Counted from the first letter of the stretch, positions 28,640 through 39,283 are shown. The stretch: 64,000 nt of DNA from an uncultured delta proteobacterium (GCA_963794325.1 CAWCDG010000004.1:992001-1056000); one strand, 5' to 3'. Notes: generated by a model from the letters alone, not told the origin. Numbers and translations: made by a program.

Positions 28640-29437
28640 CTACTTCGATGATGCGGCGGGCGCACTCGCGCCGTTCAGATTTGCCGCGAGGAACTTGACG
28701 CTGCGATTCCATGCGTCTTGCGCATCGTCGGCGTTGTACCAGAACGCAAGCTCGGGAAAATTGAAGGCGTGATTTGCGCCTTCGTAGATTTTCATTTCGT
28801 GCGGACGTTTTTCCTTCGTCAGCAAATCGTCGAGCGTGTGGGCCATCACCACCGGCACCAGCACGTCCTTGTCGCCGTGCAGGATCAACGTCGGCGGCAT
28901 CGACTTTGCCCCGGACTCCAGCGCCGGCGGCAGTCCGCCGTAGTACTCGACGATTGCGCCGACTTGCTCCGGATCGACCGCTCCGACTGAAAGTGAAAGA
29001 AACGAACCGAGCGAAAATCCGAGCAGCGCGACTCGATGGGGATCGACTGCCGGATTCTTGTCGAGCGCGTCGAGTCCCGAATGGATCTCCTCGAGCCATA
29101 TCGGGAAGTCTTCTTTCATCTGCTCCGGCTGTCCCGGGCCGACCGCGTCAGTCTGGCTGTAGTACTCGATGAATTCCGTGTAGTAGCCGAGATCGGCGAG
29201 CTCGCCGCACATCTTTTCGTATTCGGGGTTGCCGGAGTCCTTTTGCTGCGACGCGCCATGCAGCATCACAACCGCTGGATGGGGCCCGCTGCCCTTGGGC
29301 GCGCAATGATATTCGTTGACCGGCTTGCCGCCTGAAGTGAACTCGCCCTTGACCCATCCGGCGTGAACGTTCGATGCGGCGAGCAGGAAGACTGCGGATG
29401 TGAGCGCGCCGCTAACGGACCGGAATGAAGAAGCCAC
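28640..29437 (-). CDS. Exported dienelactone hydrolase family alpha/beta hydrolase
   Basis: Signal peptide, GFSLG nucleophile elbow, LILHGDKD, YEGANHAF. Confidence 0.88.
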   Translation of the reverse strand: MASSFRSVSGALTSAVFLLAASNVHAGWVKGEFTSGGKPVNEYHCAPKGSGPHPAVVMLHGASQQKDSGNPEYEKMCGELADLGYYTEFIEYYSQTDAVGPGQPEQMKEDFPIWLEEIHSGLDALDKNPAVDPHRVALLGFSLGSFLSLSVGAVDPEQVGAIVEYYGGLPPALESGAKSMPPTLILHGDKDVLVPVVMAHTLDDLLTKEKRPHEMKIYEGANHAFNFPELAFWYNADDAQDAWNRSVKFLAANLNGASAPAASSK

Positions 29438-29453
29438 TGTGTACGGAATCGGA

Positions 29454-30014
29454 CTACGACCGCATCAACTCAGCTTCGTCGGCAGCGATGGTGGCGTAGA
29501 CTTCGCGATCGATCTTGCGATATCGGTCGAGCGATTTTTCCGCCTGCTCTTCGTGCCCCTGCTCCTTCGCAATCTCGTGCATCTCTTTTTCGATCCACGA
29601 CAGATGCCACGATTCGTCTTTGGTGACAGACTTGAGCACTTCCATCGTTTCCGCGTCGACATTCGGCAGCGCCATATGCGCGTTGTAGCGGCTCTGCGCG
29701 CGCTCTTCGACTACGACCGTCAGCGCGAGCAGATCGATAATCGTCTTCGGCACTCCGGTCCGCAGCCCGAGCCGGCGCTGATAGCCGTCGTCGATTAGGA
29801 TTGGCGCGCCGCCGAGGTCAGAGATTCGCTTGGTCCACAGATAGGCGTGACGCGTTTCATCCGCCAGATGAGCCGTCATCTTGAGCTGCGACTCGCCGTC
29901 TTTCATGTGCGAGAGGAGGTTGAATAGCAAACGCGCACCGCGCAATTCGGCGTCGCGATAAAAGCTGAAGATAAGAATCTGCTTGTCCGCCGGGGACATT
30001 CCAGTGAAATTCAT
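29454..30014 (-). CDS. Ferritin-like di-iron protein
   Basis: AE..GA, DETRH, VEE and DESWH carboxylate/His motifs; start at 30014 or 29999. Confidence 0.8.
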   Translation of the reverse strand: MNFTGMSPADKQILIFSFYRDAELRGARLLFNLLSHMKDGESQLKMTAHLADETRHAYLWTKRISDLGGAPILIDDGYQRRLGLRTGVPKTIIDLLALTVVVEERAQSRYNAHMALPNVDAETMEVLKSVTKDESWHLSWIEKEMHEIAKEQGHEEQAEKSLDRYRKIDREVYATIAADEAELMRS

Positions 30015-30223
30015 CGTTCCAAGTGATGCGCTCAATACCCAAGTCCTCCCGTCAGCCGCGGGCACACAGCGGCCAATTGGCTAATAGTATCAGATAAGAC
30101 GGTTGCGCCAAACTTATGCGATCCGTTCCGCAGGGTCAATAAAACACCCCCGCCAAGTGCGGCACAACGCCCTGAGCGGAGCAAACAAGTGAGTCGGCTG
30201 GTTTCAGAAAGATCTGGTATTCG

Positions 30224-30453
30224 ATCCTAACCTCTCCTTGTCCGAGGAGAGGTCGGCGTAAGCCGCGAAGCGGTGTCGCCGGGAGTGGTGCAACGTGCGA
30301 CAGCCCACCAACTTCGACTCGTTTAATCTCAACGCAGAGAAACCAATTCCCGCTCGACAGCAGCACAACGGGCGTTGTTGCCACAGCCAGCGTTGCACCC
30401 CACCCGTCGCACTCCTTCGGCGCGCGCCGACCTCCCCTCGGACAAGGGGAGGT
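30224..30453. repeat. Family C ~235 bp MITE/REPIN-like element
   Basis: Terminal inverted CCTCCCCTTGTCCGAGGGGAGGTCGGCG repeats around a conserved core; further copies at 47334 and 48903. Confidence 0.9.
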
Positions 30454-30615
30454 GATTTCAAAGGTCCCCTTGCAGGGAGAGGAGAAGTACGCCGAGCCAC
30501 AGTACAAGAGCGATCAACAGAGAGTGTGTTCGACCCTATCTTGCAGTCGGCCTGAGACTTCTGATACTCCGCGAGATAGCGCGTGAGAACCGCAGTCTTT
30601 CCTAACGAGGCCTCC

Positions 30616-30777
30616 ATGCAAGAGTACTGGCCCGCATTGTTACCGCTAGTCATCGGATTGCTCGCCTTTGCGGTGGGTATGCTATTCGCCTTACACGAAC
30701 GAAACACTCTGGAATCACGCAAGCTGAACAACCTGCAGCGCGAACAGATACAAAACGATCACCACACGACGGGTTAG
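30616..30777 (+). CDS. Small single-TM hypothetical protein (53 aa)
   Basis: GAGG RBS, hydrophobic WPALLPLVIGLLAFAVGMLFAL, stop overlaps the dprA start. Confidence 0.45.
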   Translation: MQEYWPALLPLVIGLLAFAVGMLFALHERNTLESRKLNNLQREQIQNDHHTTG

Positions 30778-31973
30778 TGCCTTCACCAGACGTTTACTGG
30801 CTCGCACTCAGACGAGTTCACGGAGTCGGTCCACGAACTTGCAAGCTGCTGATCGAAAAGTTCGGCGCCCCGGAAAAAATATTCCAGCTCAGCTCCGACC
30901 AGATCGCCGCCGCCGGCGTGCCTCGCAATACCGCCCGCAGTATCGCCGAGTTCCGCGACTTCGAGCCACTCGAGAAAGAACTCTGCGAGCTGCCGAATAT
31001 CGGCGCACGGCTCGTCAAATGGACCGACGCCGACTATCCTCCGAATCTGCGTCAAATCGCCGACCCGCCGCCGTTTCTGTTCGTGCGCGGCACCGCAGCG
31101 TTGACCGACTCCACTTGTATCGCGATCGTCGGCGCGCGCGCCGCCAGTGACATCGGACGCCGGATGGCGCAACGGCTCGGCCTCGAACTCGCCGCCAAAG
31201 GCTTCACCGTCGTGAGCGGTCTGGCGCGCGGAATCGACGGCGAGGCGCATCAAGGCGCGCTGGACGCCCACGGCAAAACCCTCGCGGTCCTCGGATGCGG
31301 CGTCGACGTCATCTACCCGGCTGAGCATCGCAAGCTGGCCGAGGCGATCATCGCGGGCGGCGGCGCGCTCATCAGCGAGCTCCCGATTGGAATGCAGCCG
31401 CTGGCCGAAAATTTCCCCACTCGCAACCGGATCCTGTCGGGCCTCTGCCTGGGTGTCGTAATCGTCGAGGCTGCCGAAAAGAGCGGCTCGCTGATTACTG
31501 CGCGGATGGCCCTCGAACAGGATCGCCAGGTCTTCGCCGTCCCCGGCAGCCCGCTCAGCGGCAGGACCCGCGGCAGCAATCGCCTTCTAAAGGAGGGCGC
31601 GAAGCTCGTCGAATGTGTCGAGGACGTAATCGAGGAGCTCGCGCCTCAGATGGCCGGCAGACCGCCTGCCGTCGAAAGGCGCCTGCCGATCGCCTCGAAT
31701 GAACCGGTTCCGATGCCGCCAACGTCTAATACACGCGTGATGGCCGAAGTAGCTCCGATGCTGCCGACGCCCGAAGATGCCAAATCTCTCGAAGAGCCTG
31801 TTGACAGCACTACGACAATTCTAAACAATCTAAAAGAATCTGAAAGACTCCACGTCGACTCGATAATCGAGTCGTCCGGGCTCAATGCCCAAACCGTGCT
31901 TAGGTTACTACTGGAACTGGAACTCGAGGGTCGCGTCACTCAGCATCCCGGCAAGCTTTTCTCGCTTGCGTAA
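30777..31973 (+). CDS. dprA: DNA-processing protein DprA
   Basis: IAIVGAR, VSGLARGIDGEAH, FPTRNRILSGL, SGSLITA, C-terminal LELELEG winged helix. Confidence 0.96.
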   Translation: MPSPDVYWLALRRVHGVGPRTCKLLIEKFGAPEKIFQLSSDQIAAAGVPRNTARSIAEFRDFEPLEKELCELPNIGARLVKWTDADYPPNLRQIADPPPFLFVRGTAALTDSTCIAIVGARAASDIGRRMAQRLGLELAAKGFTVVSGLARGIDGEAHQGALDAHGKTLAVLGCGVDVIYPAEHRKLAEAIIAGGGALISELPIGMQPLAENFPTRNRILSGLCLGVVIVEAAEKSGSLITARMALEQDRQVFAVPGSPLSGRTRGSNRLLKEGAKLVECVEDVIEELAPQMAGRPPAVERRLPIASNEPVPMPPTSNTRVMAEVAPMLPTPEDAKSLEEPVDSTTTILNNLKESERLHVDSIIESSGLNAQTVLRLLLELELEGRVTQHPGKLFSLA

Positions 31974-32061
31974 GTCTGGCAGGGTGTATGCCCTGTAGCG
32001 TCGGAGATTTCGACTGGCGCGAATCCTGCGAGGGTACGGGAACTTTGGAGGCGCCTAATCG

Positions 32062-34374
32062 GTGGCAAAAAATCTCGTAATCGTCGAATCGCCCGCAAAG
32101 GCGAAAACCATCAAGCGCTATCTCGGTAGTGACTATCAGGTCATGCCCTCGGTCGGCCACGTCGTCGATCTGCCCAAGAGCAAGCTCGGAGTCGATATCG
32201 AGCACAACTTTGCGCCCGATTTCGTCACAATCAAGGGTAAAGAGAAGGTCCTCAGCGAGATCAAGAGCGCCGCGAAGGGCAAAGAGAACATCTATCTCGC
32301 CAGCGACCCCGACCGCGAAGGCGAGGCTATCGCCTGGCACATCTCCGAGCACCTCGGCCGGACCAAGTCCAAGGTCAGCCGCGTGCTCTTGCATGAAATC
32401 ACCTCCGCCGCCGTCAAAGAGGCGGTCGCCAATCCCTCAAAACTGGATCGCCATCTGTTCGACGCCTACCAGGCCCGCCGCGTGCTGGATCGCTTGGTCG
32501 GCTACAAGCTCAGCCCGCTGCTGTGGGACAAGGTCAAGCGCGGCATCAGCGCCGGCCGCGTGCAGTCGGTCGCACTCAGGATAATCGTCGACCGCGAGCG
32601 CGAGCGCGAGGCGTTCCGCGCCGAAGAATACTGGACCCTCGACGCGCGCCTCTCCGGCAAGAATCCGCCCCCGTTCAAGGCGCGTCTCTTCAGCTACAAA
32701 GACGACCGCATCGACAACAAGGCGTACAAGCTGCCCGAGGCCCGCGCGCGCGAAATTATCGCGGCCGTCGAGGCTGCCCCTTTCACCGTAAAAACCGTCG
32801 AGCGCAAGGAAGTCCGCCGCAGTCCTGCGCCCCCGTTCATCACCTCGCGCCTCCAGCAGGAGGCCTCGCGCAAGCTCTACTACCAGCCGCGCCGCACGAT
32901 GCAGATTGCGCAGAAGCTGTACGAAGGCGTCGAGCTGGGCGAGGAGGGCGCGGTCGGCCTTATCACTTATATGCGTACCGATTCGCCGCGCGTCTCCGAC
33001 CAGGCGCTCGATAGCGTCCGCAGCCATATCGGCTCGCGCTACGGCCAGGAGTACATCCCCGACCAGCCGAATTCTTACAAATCCAGCAAGCAGTCGCAGG
33101 GCGCGCACGAAGCGATTCGTCCGACCGCCGTCGAGCGCGACCCCGAGTCGATCGCGCGCTACCTCGACAAGGACATGCTCGCGCTCTACACCCTCATCTA
33201 TAACCGCTTCGTCTCGAGCCAGATGACGCCGGCGGTGTACGACCGCACCACCGTCGATATCGAATCTGCCGACGCAATTTTCCGCGCGACCGGCCAGGTG
33301 ATGAAGTTCGACGGCTTCATGCGCGTGTACATCGAAGGCCAGGATGAGCCCGAGGACGAAGAGGGCACGCTGCCGATGCTCGAAGACGGCGAGACCCTGA
33401 AACTGCTGGGCCTCGACCCCGAGCAGCATTTCACCCAGCCGCCTCCGCGCTACACCCAGGCCACGCTCATCAAGGTTCTCGAAGAGCAGGGCATCGGCCG
33501 CCCCTCGACCTACGCCGCCATCATGACCAGCATCCTGCGCGTCGAGTACGTCGAAGAGGACGAGAGCAAGCGGATGCGCCCGACGTCGCTCGGACGAGTC
33601 GTCAACGACATGCTGGTCAAAGCATTCCCCGACATTCTCGAATCCAGCTTCACCGCGCAGTTCGAAGAGGACCTCGACAAGGTTGAAGAGGGCACCGAGA
33701 ACTGGGTCAAGACGATGAAGCGGTTCTACGGCCCGTTCGCCAAGGACCTCGCCGACGCGAAAAAGAAAATGCCCGAGGTCAAGCACAAGGGCCTCGCCAC
33801 CGATCTCAAGTGCGAGCTCGACGGCGGCGACATGGTGATCAAATGGGGCCGCAACGGCGAGTTCCTCGCCTGCTCGAATTACCCCAAATGCACCAACACC
33901 GGCGAAATCGCGCGCGACGACCAGGGCAAAATCACGATGAAACCTTCGGCGCCGGTGCCCACCGACGAAGTCTGCGAGAAATGCGGTAAGCCGATGGTCA
34001 AGCGGCGCTCGCGCTTCGGCGAGTTCCTGGGATGCTCGGGCTATCCGGACTGCGACGGAATCAAGCGCCTTCAATCAGACCCGGTGAAAACCGGCGTCGC
34101 ATGCCCGGAATGCAAAGAGGGCGAAATCCTCGAACGTCGCAGCCGCCGCGGCAAGATTTTCTTCGGATGCGGCCGTTATCCAAAATGTAAATTCGCGGCA
34201 TGGAACAAAGTCGTCCTCCAGCCATGCCCGGATTGCGGCGCGAACTACATGGTCGAGAAAGACCTGAAACGCACCGGTATTACTTGGCAATGCGCCAACA
34301 AGGAATGCGGCTATAAGCAGCCCGCTCCGGTCGCCGAACAACACACATCTGCCCCGGCGCCTCCGCCCGCGTAG
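32062..34374 (+). CDS. topA: Type I DNA topoisomerase
   Basis: LVIVESPAKAKTI, DPDREGEAI, SAGRVQS, ITYMRTDS, C-terminal zinc ribbons. Confidence 0.98.
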   Translation: MAKNLVIVESPAKAKTIKRYLGSDYQVMPSVGHVVDLPKSKLGVDIEHNFAPDFVTIKGKEKVLSEIKSAAKGKENIYLASDPDREGEAIAWHISEHLGRTKSKVSRVLLHEITSAAVKEAVANPSKLDRHLFDAYQARRVLDRLVGYKLSPLLWDKVKRGISAGRVQSVALRIIVDREREREAFRAEEYWTLDARLSGKNPPPFKARLFSYKDDRIDNKAYKLPEARAREIIAAVEAAPFTVKTVERKEVRRSPAPPFITSRLQQEASRKLYYQPRRTMQIAQKLYEGVELGEEGAVGLITYMRTDSPRVSDQALDSVRSHIGSRYGQEYIPDQPNSYKSSKQSQGAHEAIRPTAVERDPESIARYLDKDMLALYTLIYNRFVSSQMTPAVYDRTTVDIESADAIFRATGQVMKFDGFMRVYIEGQDEPEDEEGTLPMLEDGETLKLLGLDPEQHFTQPPPRYTQATLIKVLEEQGIGRPSTYAAIMTSILRVEYVEEDESKRMRPTSLGRVVNDMLVKAFPDILESSFTAQFEEDLDKVEEGTENWVKTMKRFYGPFAKDLADAKKKMPEVKHKGLATDLKCELDGGDMVIKWGRNGEFLACSNYPKCTNTGEIARDDQGKITMKPSAPVPTDEVCEKCGKPMVKRRSRFGEFLGCSGYPDCDGIKRLQSDPVKTGVACPECKEGEILERRSRRGKIFFGCGRYPKCKFAAWNKVVLQPCPDCGANYMVEKDLKRTGITWQCANKECGYKQPAPVAEQHTSAPAPPPA

Positions 34375-34423
34375 CGCGCCGTCCTCGGTGCCGGATTTCT
34401 GCAAAGGGGGGCCGCGCGCCTCA

Positions 34424-34465
34424 GTGGGGCGGGCCGTATTAGTGGGGCGGGCCGCCGTGCCCGCC
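34424..34465 (+). repeat. GTGG-type REP-like palindrome with a partial tandem copy
   Basis: GTGGGGCGGGCCG occurs twice; the second forms GTGG-GGCGGGC-cgccgt-GCCCGCC. Confidence 0.5.
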
Positions 34466-35443
34466 CTCTTCATTTTGACATTGACCTTGATCGCAGCCTT
34501 CACCGCCCCCGCCCTCGCCGCGCCTCCCCTCGTCACGCCCAATCAAGAGGAAACCGTGCTCCCCTACGTCGCCCGCATCTACTTCGATGCGAAAGCGAAC
34601 GACGGCAGCGACGCCTATTTCGAGATTCTGAAAAACGACAAGCCCGTGTACGTGCAGAAGGCCAACCGGAAGGGCGAGAAATTTTTCATCGGCACGATGT
34701 ACAAGGACGATCCCGACGCTGCGTTGGTCAAGATGGGCATGGACATCACCGGCGACGGCCAACCCGACCTCGTCATCTCCGAATGGCTGGGCGGCGCGAA
34801 CTGCTGCCTGATATTTCACATCTTCGAGATCGGCCCGACCTTCAAAAAACTCGGCACCATCGATGCCGAGTTCGGAGACTCGGGCCCCCACTTCATCCAC
34901 CCGGACAAGGACGCGAAAAGCCCCGGGCTGGCGATTCAAATTCACGACTGGACCTTTGCCAACTGGAACACCGATTTCGCCGGCTCACCCGCGCCAAAAG
35001 TTATTCTCCGCTTCAGCGACAATGCGTACCGCATCGCGCCCGACCTGATGCGCACAGCGCCACTCGGCGCCACCGACCTTGCAGCGCGCGCCGCCGAGGT
35101 GAAGAGCGGCAGCGCGAACGGCGGTGATTGGCCGCGCGCGAAGGTCCCGCCGCAGCTATGGGCAACGATGCTCGATCTGATCTACAGCGGGCACGCCGGC
35201 GATGCGTGGAAGTTCCTCGACGACGCATGGCCGCCGAAAGTGACTGGCAAGGACAAATTCGCCAACGACTTCCGCACCCAACTCGCCAAGAGCCCCTACT
35301 GGCCCGCCATCAAAGCAATGAAGCCCCTCCAATCCCCCCGCCGCCCCTCTCCCCCACCGCCCAAAATGACGATCGGTCGCTATCCCTTCCCCCCCGCAAG
35401 GAATAGTTTCCGCGAGCTCTTCAGCCGCGCCTGCCTGATATGA
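34457..35443 (+). CDS. Hypothetical secreted protein
   Basis: Signal peptide ..APALA; DITGDGQPDLVI (FG-GAP-like), GGANCC; start and C-rich 3' end uncertain. Confidence 0.7.
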   Translation: MPALFILTLTLIAAFTAPALAAPPLVTPNQEETVLPYVARIYFDAKANDGSDAYFEILKNDKPVYVQKANRKGEKFFIGTMYKDDPDAALVKMGMDITGDGQPDLVISEWLGGANCCLIFHIFEIGPTFKKLGTIDAEFGDSGPHFIHPDKDAKSPGLAIQIHDWTFANWNTDFAGSPAPKVILRFSDNAYRIAPDLMRTAPLGATDLAARAAEVKSGSANGGDWPRAKVPPQLWATMLDLIYSGHAGDAWKFLDDAWPPKVTGKDKFANDFRTQLAKSPYWPAIKAMKPLQSPRRPSPPPPKMTIGRYPFPPARNSFRELFSRACLI

Positions 35444-35600
35444 CTGCGAATCCTTATTCCAATCCTTGACATCGCCGTCGGACTCGACGATACTGGTCCT
35501 GATCCGCCGCCATCAACTCGATCGCAAGCTTGGCGGTATCGCAGTAGAAATCACGACGTATCCTTCGATTACCTGCTGACGACGAAATTTGCTGCCGAAG

Positions 35601-35755
35601 AACCTAACCCCTAACCCCTTCCCGAACGGGAAGGGGAACCGGACGCGAGGAAAAGCCTCCGCCCCGACCAACTTCCTAACAGGGACGAAGTCCCGCATCT
35701 TTCTTTTAATACTGGGTGCAGGGGTCACCCCTGCCGCCCGCCGCGCAGGCGATTA
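35601..35755 (+). repeat. Family E repeat plus family A element (H2, T2)
   Basis: AACCTAACCCCTAACCCCTTCCC..GGGAAGGGGAACCGGA, GGGACGAAGTCCC, core, GCCCGCCGCGCAGGCGATTA. Confidence 0.9.
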
Positions 35756-37012
35756 TTCCGACGCCCTCATCTTCACCGACATCTCCTCCAGCCGCCGCCG
35801 CAAAAATCGCCGCTCCGGCGCGCTGCCCACTCGCGTCAGCGCCGCGCGATACGATTCAGCCGCCTCACTCCATCGTTCCAGCCGCCGCAACAAATCCGCG
35901 CGCGCCGACCACATCAGGTAGTAGTCGCGAAGTTCTCCACTCACCGCGATCGCATCGATTAACTCGAGTCCCGCCGCCGGACCATAGGCCATTGCGACCG
36001 CGACCGCCCGATTCAACTCGATCACTGGCGACGGTCGTATCGCGTTGAGCCGCCGGTAGAGATCCGTAATCGCCCGCCAATCGGTCGCCGCCGCACTTTC
36101 CGCGCGCGAATGAATCGCCGCGATCGCCGACTGAATCGCATACGGCCCCTCCGCATCGGCTTTGATCGCGGCTTCCGAATGACTCAGCCCCTCGGCAATC
36201 TGCGCCCTATCCCAACGCGCGCGGTCCTGCTCTTCGAGCAACACGATTTCGCCGCACTCATCGATTCGCCCATCGCGCCGCGCGTCATGCAGCAGCATCA
36301 TCGCGAGCAATCCCCGCGGCTCCGGCTCATCGGGCATCAGCGCGACCAGTATCCGCGCGAGCCGAATCGCCTCCGCACACAGATCGGTTCGCAGCAGCCG
36401 TTCTCCCGAGCTCGCCGCGTAACCTTCATTGAAGACCAGGTAGATAACCGCCATCACCGCGTCCAGCCGCTCCGCCAGCAGCTCCGCCGACGGCACCTCG
36501 TACGGAATCCGCGCCGCCCGAATCTTGCGCTTGGCGCGCACCAGCCGTTGCGCCATCGTCGCCGGCGCCGTCAGGAACGCGCGCGCGATCTCCTCGGTCG
36601 TCAGCCCGCACAATGTGCGTAGCGACAGCGCGACGCGCGCGTCATCAGCCAGCGCCGGATGACAACACGTGAAGATCAGACGCAGCCGCTCGTCGGGCAG
36701 CGCGCCCGCCCCCTCGATCTCCTCATCGTCGCCGCCGGCCTCAGCCATTCGAATCAATTCCTCGCGGCGATCGTTGAACCGGGTCTGTTTTCGTATTCGA
36801 TCGATCGCCTTATGGCGCGCGACGCCGATAATCCACGCGCGCGGATTATCCGGCAGCCCGTCGCGTTCCCACTGCTCGACCGCGCTCGCGAACCCGTCCT
36901 GCGCCGCTTCTTCCGCGAGATCGAAGTCGCCCAGCACGCGAATGAGCGTGGCAAGAATTCGCCCGAACTCCTCGCGATAGAAACGCTCGATACCGGCGGC
37001 AGTGTTGTCCAT
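35753..37012 (-). CDS. ECF sigma factor with DUF6596/TPR C-terminal extension (ECF42-like)
   Basis: [58 protein letters not shown]; adjacent DGPF genes. Confidence 0.92.
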   Translation of the reverse strand: MDNTAAGIERFYREEFGRILATLIRVLGDFDLAEEAAQDGFASAVEQWERDGLPDNPRAWIIGVARHKAIDRIRKQTRFNDRREELIRMAEAGGDDEEIEGAGALPDERLRLIFTCCHPALADDARVALSLRTLCGLTTEEIARAFLTAPATMAQRLVRAKRKIRAARIPYEVPSAELLAERLDAVMAVIYLVFNEGYAASSGERLLRTDLCAEAIRLARILVALMPDEPEPRGLLAMMLLHDARRDGRIDECGEIVLLEEQDRARWDRAQIAEGLSHSEAAIKADAEGPYAIQSAIAAIHSRAESAAATDWRAITDLYRRLNAIRPSPVIELNRAVAVAMAYGPAAGLELIDAIAVSGELRDYYLMWSARADLLRRLERWSEAAESYRAALTRVGSAPERRFLRRRLEEMSVKMRASE

Positions 37013-37083
37013 CGGCAAACCCGAAAAGCGAAATCCGTCCGATGGCAGGCTAACCGCCCGCCGCGCATGCCGCTACCGCTGAC

Positions 37084-37872
37084 TCATTCGTGATAGATCC
37101 ACCAGCATCCCTCGACCGGCCTGACTTCGATCGCATCGCCGTCGCGCTGAGTCAGTTTATTCGCCCACGCGATCGCCTCGCCCATCGACGCGCACGCGAC
37201 CAGGTTGAAGCCGCCCGCGACTTCCTTGGTCTCCGCGAACGGCCCGTCCGTCACCAGCCGCCCGTCGTTTTTCCATCGAATCGTTTTCGCCTGCTTCGAA
37301 ACTTCCAGCCGCGCGCCGACCCACAACCCCGGCTCCTGATCCAACATCGCGCGGCTCGCGACGTATTCTGCTCCGACGCCCTGATGCTGCCGCATGATCC
37401 TTGTCCGCTCGCTCTCCGGGAGGCTCAGCACCGCACGCTCGTCCTCGACCGACGTGAGCATGAAAATCTTCGAGGCCGCCTGTCCGGACGTCTGCGAGAT
37501 CCACCAGAACTCGCGAATCGCCCTGACCTCGATGACGAGACTCTCATGCGCTCCCGGATATTTCGCGTATTCGATCGCTTCTTCGAGCGAATCGAAGTCG
37601 ATTATGTCGAAACCGCCGACGAGCTCCTTGGTTTCCGGAAACGGCCCGTCGATCCGCAGATGCGCGCCGCCACGATTCTTCACGGTGATCGTCTCGCGAC
37701 TGGGGCCAAGCCCGACTGAAACATTTATCAGCCCACTCCTTCCGCTGCGCAGTCGCGCGCGAAGCAGTTCGTCGAGTTTCTGCTGATGGAACCGGATGCG
37801 CCGATTCAATTCGTCCGCGTCGATACTCTCCGAATCTCCGCGAACCTCGCCGCCCGTGATCATGTATTTCAT
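37084..37872 (-). CDS. Two-domain YciI/DGPF protein
   Basis: DGPFPETKELVGGF and DGPFAETKEVAGGF. Confidence 0.88.
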   Translation of the reverse strand: MKYMITGGEVRGDSESIDADELNRRIRFHQQKLDELLRARLRSGRSGLINVSVGLGPSRETITVKNRGGAHLRIDGPFPETKELVGGFDIIDFDSLEEAIEYAKYPGAHESLVIEVRAIREFWWISQTSGQAASKIFMLTSVEDERAVLSLPESERTRIMRQHQGVGAEYVASRAMLDQEPGLWVGARLEVSKQAKTIRWKNDGRLVTDGPFAETKEVAGGFNLVACASMGEAIAWANKLTQRDGDAIEVRPVEGCWWIYHE

Positions 37873-37971
37873 CGCGCTTCCCCTTGGCAGCTCGCCTACC
37901 TATCCAACAATCCGGATCCCCTTTCCGATCTGGAAGAGGTTACTCCCGACAATCCGGCCCCTCCCCAACAA

Positions 37972-38015
37972 TCCGGTTCCCCTTCCCACTATGGGAAGGG
38001 GTTAGGGGTTAGGTT
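37972..38015 (-). repeat. Family E repeat
   Basis: TCCGGTTCCCCTTCCCACTATGGGAAGGGGTTAGGGGTTAGGTT, identical to 43921-43964. Confidence 0.88.
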
Positions 38016-38029
38016 CCTCGGCATCGCGC

Positions 38030-38384
38030 CTACATATTGATCTTCACCACCGGCCGCACCTCGGTCGATCCGTACTTCGACGACGGAATCCGCGCCGCGA
38101 TCGAAATCGCCTCGTCGAGATCCTTCGCCTCGACCAGCACGTATCCGCCGAACTGCTCCTTGGTCTCCGCGAACGGCCCATCCGTGACCATCGTCTTACC
38201 GTCACGCACGCGAACCGTCGCTGCGCTCGTTGGTAAATTCGAGCGGCGCGCCGGTCTTGCGATGCCCGCTCTTCACTACATCCTGCGTGAACGCCGCAAA
38301 TTCACCAAAAATCCGTTGCTTCTCCGCCTCACTCCGCCCCCGCGCCTCTTCTTCGTTGTGATAAATCAAAAGCAAGTATTCCAT
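38030..38384 (-). pseudogene. YciI/DGPF protein with +1 frameshift at about 38230
   Basis: MEYLLLIY start; DGPFAETKEQFGGY..EVRPVVKINM in another frame; 355 bp against 354 bp for the intact paralog. Confidence 0.82.
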
Positions 38385-38466
38385 CGCACTCTCCCAACAA
38401 TCCGGTCCTACGCATTCCCGATGGGTGAAAGCCGAACATCTGCTACGAGCTCCATTGCGCCACCGC

Positions 38467-38559
38467 ACCTGAGAGCGAAAGGTTGTCCTCAACATTTCGC
38501 GCTTCTCACTTTTCACTGGGTGCAGGGGTCACCCCTGCCGCCCGCCGCGCAGGCGATTA
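38467..38559 (+). repeat. Family A element (H1, T2)
   Basis: Head hairpin, core and T2 tail all present. Confidence 0.9.
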
Positions 38560-38564
38560 TTCAC

Positions 38565-38918
38565 CTACATATTGATCTTCCTGACCGGCCGCACCTCTAT
38601 CGACCCGTGCTTCGCCCCCGGAATCCGCGCCGCAATCGCGATCGCGTCATCGAGATCTTTCGCCTCGACCAGGTAGTATCCGCCGAGCTGCTCCTTGGTC
38701 TCCGCAAACGGCCCGTCCGTCACCACGGTCTTGCCGTCGCGCACCCGAACAGTGGTGGCCGTCGTGCTCTGCTCGAGCGGATTGCCGCCCTTATTCTTGC
38801 CGCTCTTCGTGAGGTCCTGCGTAAAAGCCATGTACCCCTGAAAAATCTGCTGCCCCTCCGCAGCCGTCATTTTCTTCGAATCCGCCTCGCTGCTGTAAAT
38901 CAAAAGCAGGTATTCCAT
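38565..38918 (-). CDS. YciI/DGPF protein
   Basis: MEYLLLIY, DGPFAETKEQLGGYY, IEVRP; AAGGAGA RBS. Confidence 0.92.
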   Translation of the reverse strand: MEYLLLIYSSEADSKKMTAAEGQQIFQGYMAFTQDLTKSGKNKGGNPLEQSTTATTVRVRDGKTVVTDGPFAETKEQLGGYYLVEAKDLDDAIAIAARIPGAKHGSIEVRPVRKINM

Positions 38919-38957
38919 CGATTTCTCCTTTCGCCCATTTTGGGTTATCAATTATTA

Positions 38958-38984
38958 GTCGAACAGCACCGCCCCAGATCGACA
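38958..38984 (-). promoter_or_regulatory. Putative ECF42-type promoter
   Basis: TGTCGA-N17-CGAC 40 nt upstream of the first DGPF gene; matches the described ECF42 -35 TGTCGA / -10 CG(A/T)C. Confidence 0.65.
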
Positions 38985-39027
38985 CCCGCCGCTAGAAAAT
39001 CCGCACTGAAAAAATAGGCCAGAAAAT

Positions 39028-39209
39028 CACAGGCTAAAGCCTGTGCCACAAAAAATCGCCGCCTGAAATGGCACCGGCTTCAGCCGATGATCCTCTGCTC
39101 CCTCCTCCCCCGACCCTCAGAGCAAAAGCGCGTCCTCGCGATTTTGCGATTTCTTTCTCTTAATACCGGGTGCAGGGGTCACCCCTGCCGCCCGCCGCGC
39201 AGGCGATTA
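39028..39209 (+). repeat. Single family B REP (39028-39049) and family A element (H1', T2; 39114-39209)
   Basis: CACAGGCTAAAGCCTGTGCCAC; GCAAAAGCGCGTCCTCGCGATTTTGC; core at 39168. Confidence 0.88.
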
Positions 39210-39283
39210 ACTTTCTTGATAGGGAGCGCCAGTTTACACGACCGCCTAAAACCGCCACGATCACCCTTCGCCGCATCCACGCC

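Noticed and set aside
2451-33014. Long overlapping or antisense ORFs (e.g. 2451-4145, 15914-17452, 21287-22585, 32437-34074)
   Set aside because: Shadow ORFs of high-GC coding regions, Arg/Ala-rich, with no recognisable motifs
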